Below, in pieces: positions 62,660-64,000 of a DNA stretch of 64,000 bases. The stretch is from Chiloscyllium plagiosum (taxonomy: Eukaryota). The first letter of the stretch is position 1. Every line of letters begins with the position of its first letter. Both the position numbers and the translations under genes were made by a program. The notes under the pieces are model-generated. The model searched no databases. It worked only from the letters and a program-made list of their open reading frames with translations, and was not told where the DNA came from. The stretch lies in NCBI RefSeq assembly GCF_004010195.1, contig NC_057719.1, positions 35,216,137-35,280,136 on the forward strand, written 5' to 3'.

Positions 62660-64000
62660 TAAGGGGAAAGGAAAGGGCAGGACTTATCCAAAGTGTATGG
62701 ATCCAGAAGATATAGCTGAGGCTTTAAATGAATACTTTGCATTACTATTGAGAAATATAATATGGGTATGGAAATCAGGGAAGAAAACTGTGATATTCTT
62801 AAAATACAATTGAGAAAGAAGAGTTTTTGTGGTTTATGCAGGTTTAAAATTGAACAGATCTCCAAGTCCCAATGAGTTAGGCTGCAGCAGGCAAGGTGAG
62901 ATTACAGGCGTCCTGACATTTATTTTCAAATCTTCTCTGGCCACATGGAGATGCCAGGGACTGGAGGACTGTTGATGTACCATTTTTCAAGAAGGATGAT
63001 AGGGATAAACGTGGGAATGATAGGCCCATGAGTTTAACATCAGTGGTAAGGAAACTTTTGGAAAAACCTCTGAGGGACCAAATTAATCTCTACTTGGAGA
63101 GGCAAGGATTAATCAGGGATAGTCAGTATGTCTTTGTCAGAGGGTGATCACATCTGACAGATTTGATTTGAGTTTTTTAAGAAGGTTATTAGTTGGAAGA
63201 GTGTAGTGTTGTTGATGTACTCTACATAGAATTCAATAACAACTTTTTAAAAAATTCATTCACAAAATTTTTTCCTTATCCTTAATTGTCCAGAAAACAG
63301 TTAGGAATCAACCAGATTGCTGTGGGTCATGTGTAGGCTATACCAGGTAAGGATGGCAGATTCCCAAAAGGATATTAGTGAATTAGATAGGTTTTCCTCC
63401 AGCAATTCGCAATGGCTTCATTAAACCTTTAACTCCAGAGTTTTATTGAATTCAAATTTTACCATAAACAATGGCAGGATTTGAACCTGGATCTCTGGAT
63501 TAATAATCAAGTGATAACAATTTGCCATCACCTCCCCTCCCTTCTGACACACATTGCATGGGAGATTCTTTAAGAAGGTAAGTCCCATGGGATCCAGGGA
63601 AATTTGGAAAATTGGATTTAGAGCTGAAAAATGTGTTGCTGGAAAAGCACAGCAGGTCAGGCAGCATCCAAGGAGCAGGAGAATCGACATTTCGGGCGAT
63701 TCTCCTGCTCCTTGGATGCTGCCTGACCTGCTGTGCTTTTCCAGCAACACATTTTTCAGCTCTGATCTCCAGCATCTGCAGTCCTCACTTTCTCAAAATT
63801 GGATTTATAATGGACTTGGTAGGAGGAGGCAGAGGCTAACTGTTAAAGATTGATTTTGTGACTGGAAGTCTGTGTCCACCTGCATGCTGTAGGAATTGGC
63901 ACTGTGTCCTTTGCTGTTTGTAGTGTAAATTATTTATCTAAACACAAATTGAGCAGGTTTGATTTGTAAGTTCATAGATAACATGAAAAGTGGTGGTGTG
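62660..64000 (+). mobile_element. CR1-type LINE ORF2 fragments with nested insertions
   Basis: Degenerate LNEYFA, PFFKK..RP.SLTSVV and SQY.FV motifs. Confidence 0.6.
63620..63794. mobile_element. Family A mini fold-back, 67-bp arms, 13-bp TSD
   Basis: 63620-63686 is the reverse complement of 63697-63763; TSD aaaattggattta at 63608-63620 and 63795-63807. Confidence 0.92.

Overview
Eukaryotic (vertebrate) genomic DNA, very probably from a shark. This is inferred from the HE1-like tRNA-derived SINEs and the HER1/CR1-type LINE landscape. The only host gene is on the + strand: six internal coding exons of the MAPK-related kinase MOK (RAGE). They have GT-AG boundaries and a continuous 234-codon frame containing HRDVKPEN, DFG and the TEY activation loop; the 5' and 3' exons were not found in the window. 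The introns are mostly transposable elements: CR1-type LINEs (two with SGNH-esterase ORF1), a Rex1/Babar LINE, SINEs, Tc1/mariner-type MITEs, a probable solo LTR and many Penelope-like (GIY-YIG) retroelement relics. The most notable signal is in the Penelope-like repeats. They fall into at least four sequence families, each carrying a minimal hammerhead-ribozyme motif (CTGANGA-N-stem II-GAAA-palindromic ACGT/AGCT). They repeatedly insert as asymmetric fold-back palindromes flanked by 9-17 bp target-site duplications, including one perfect 154-bp-arm palindrome. In two mini-copies the element begins at the predicted self-cleavage site. Repeat boundaries were estimated by eye and are approximate unless a TSD is quoted. 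Family labels A-D are mine.
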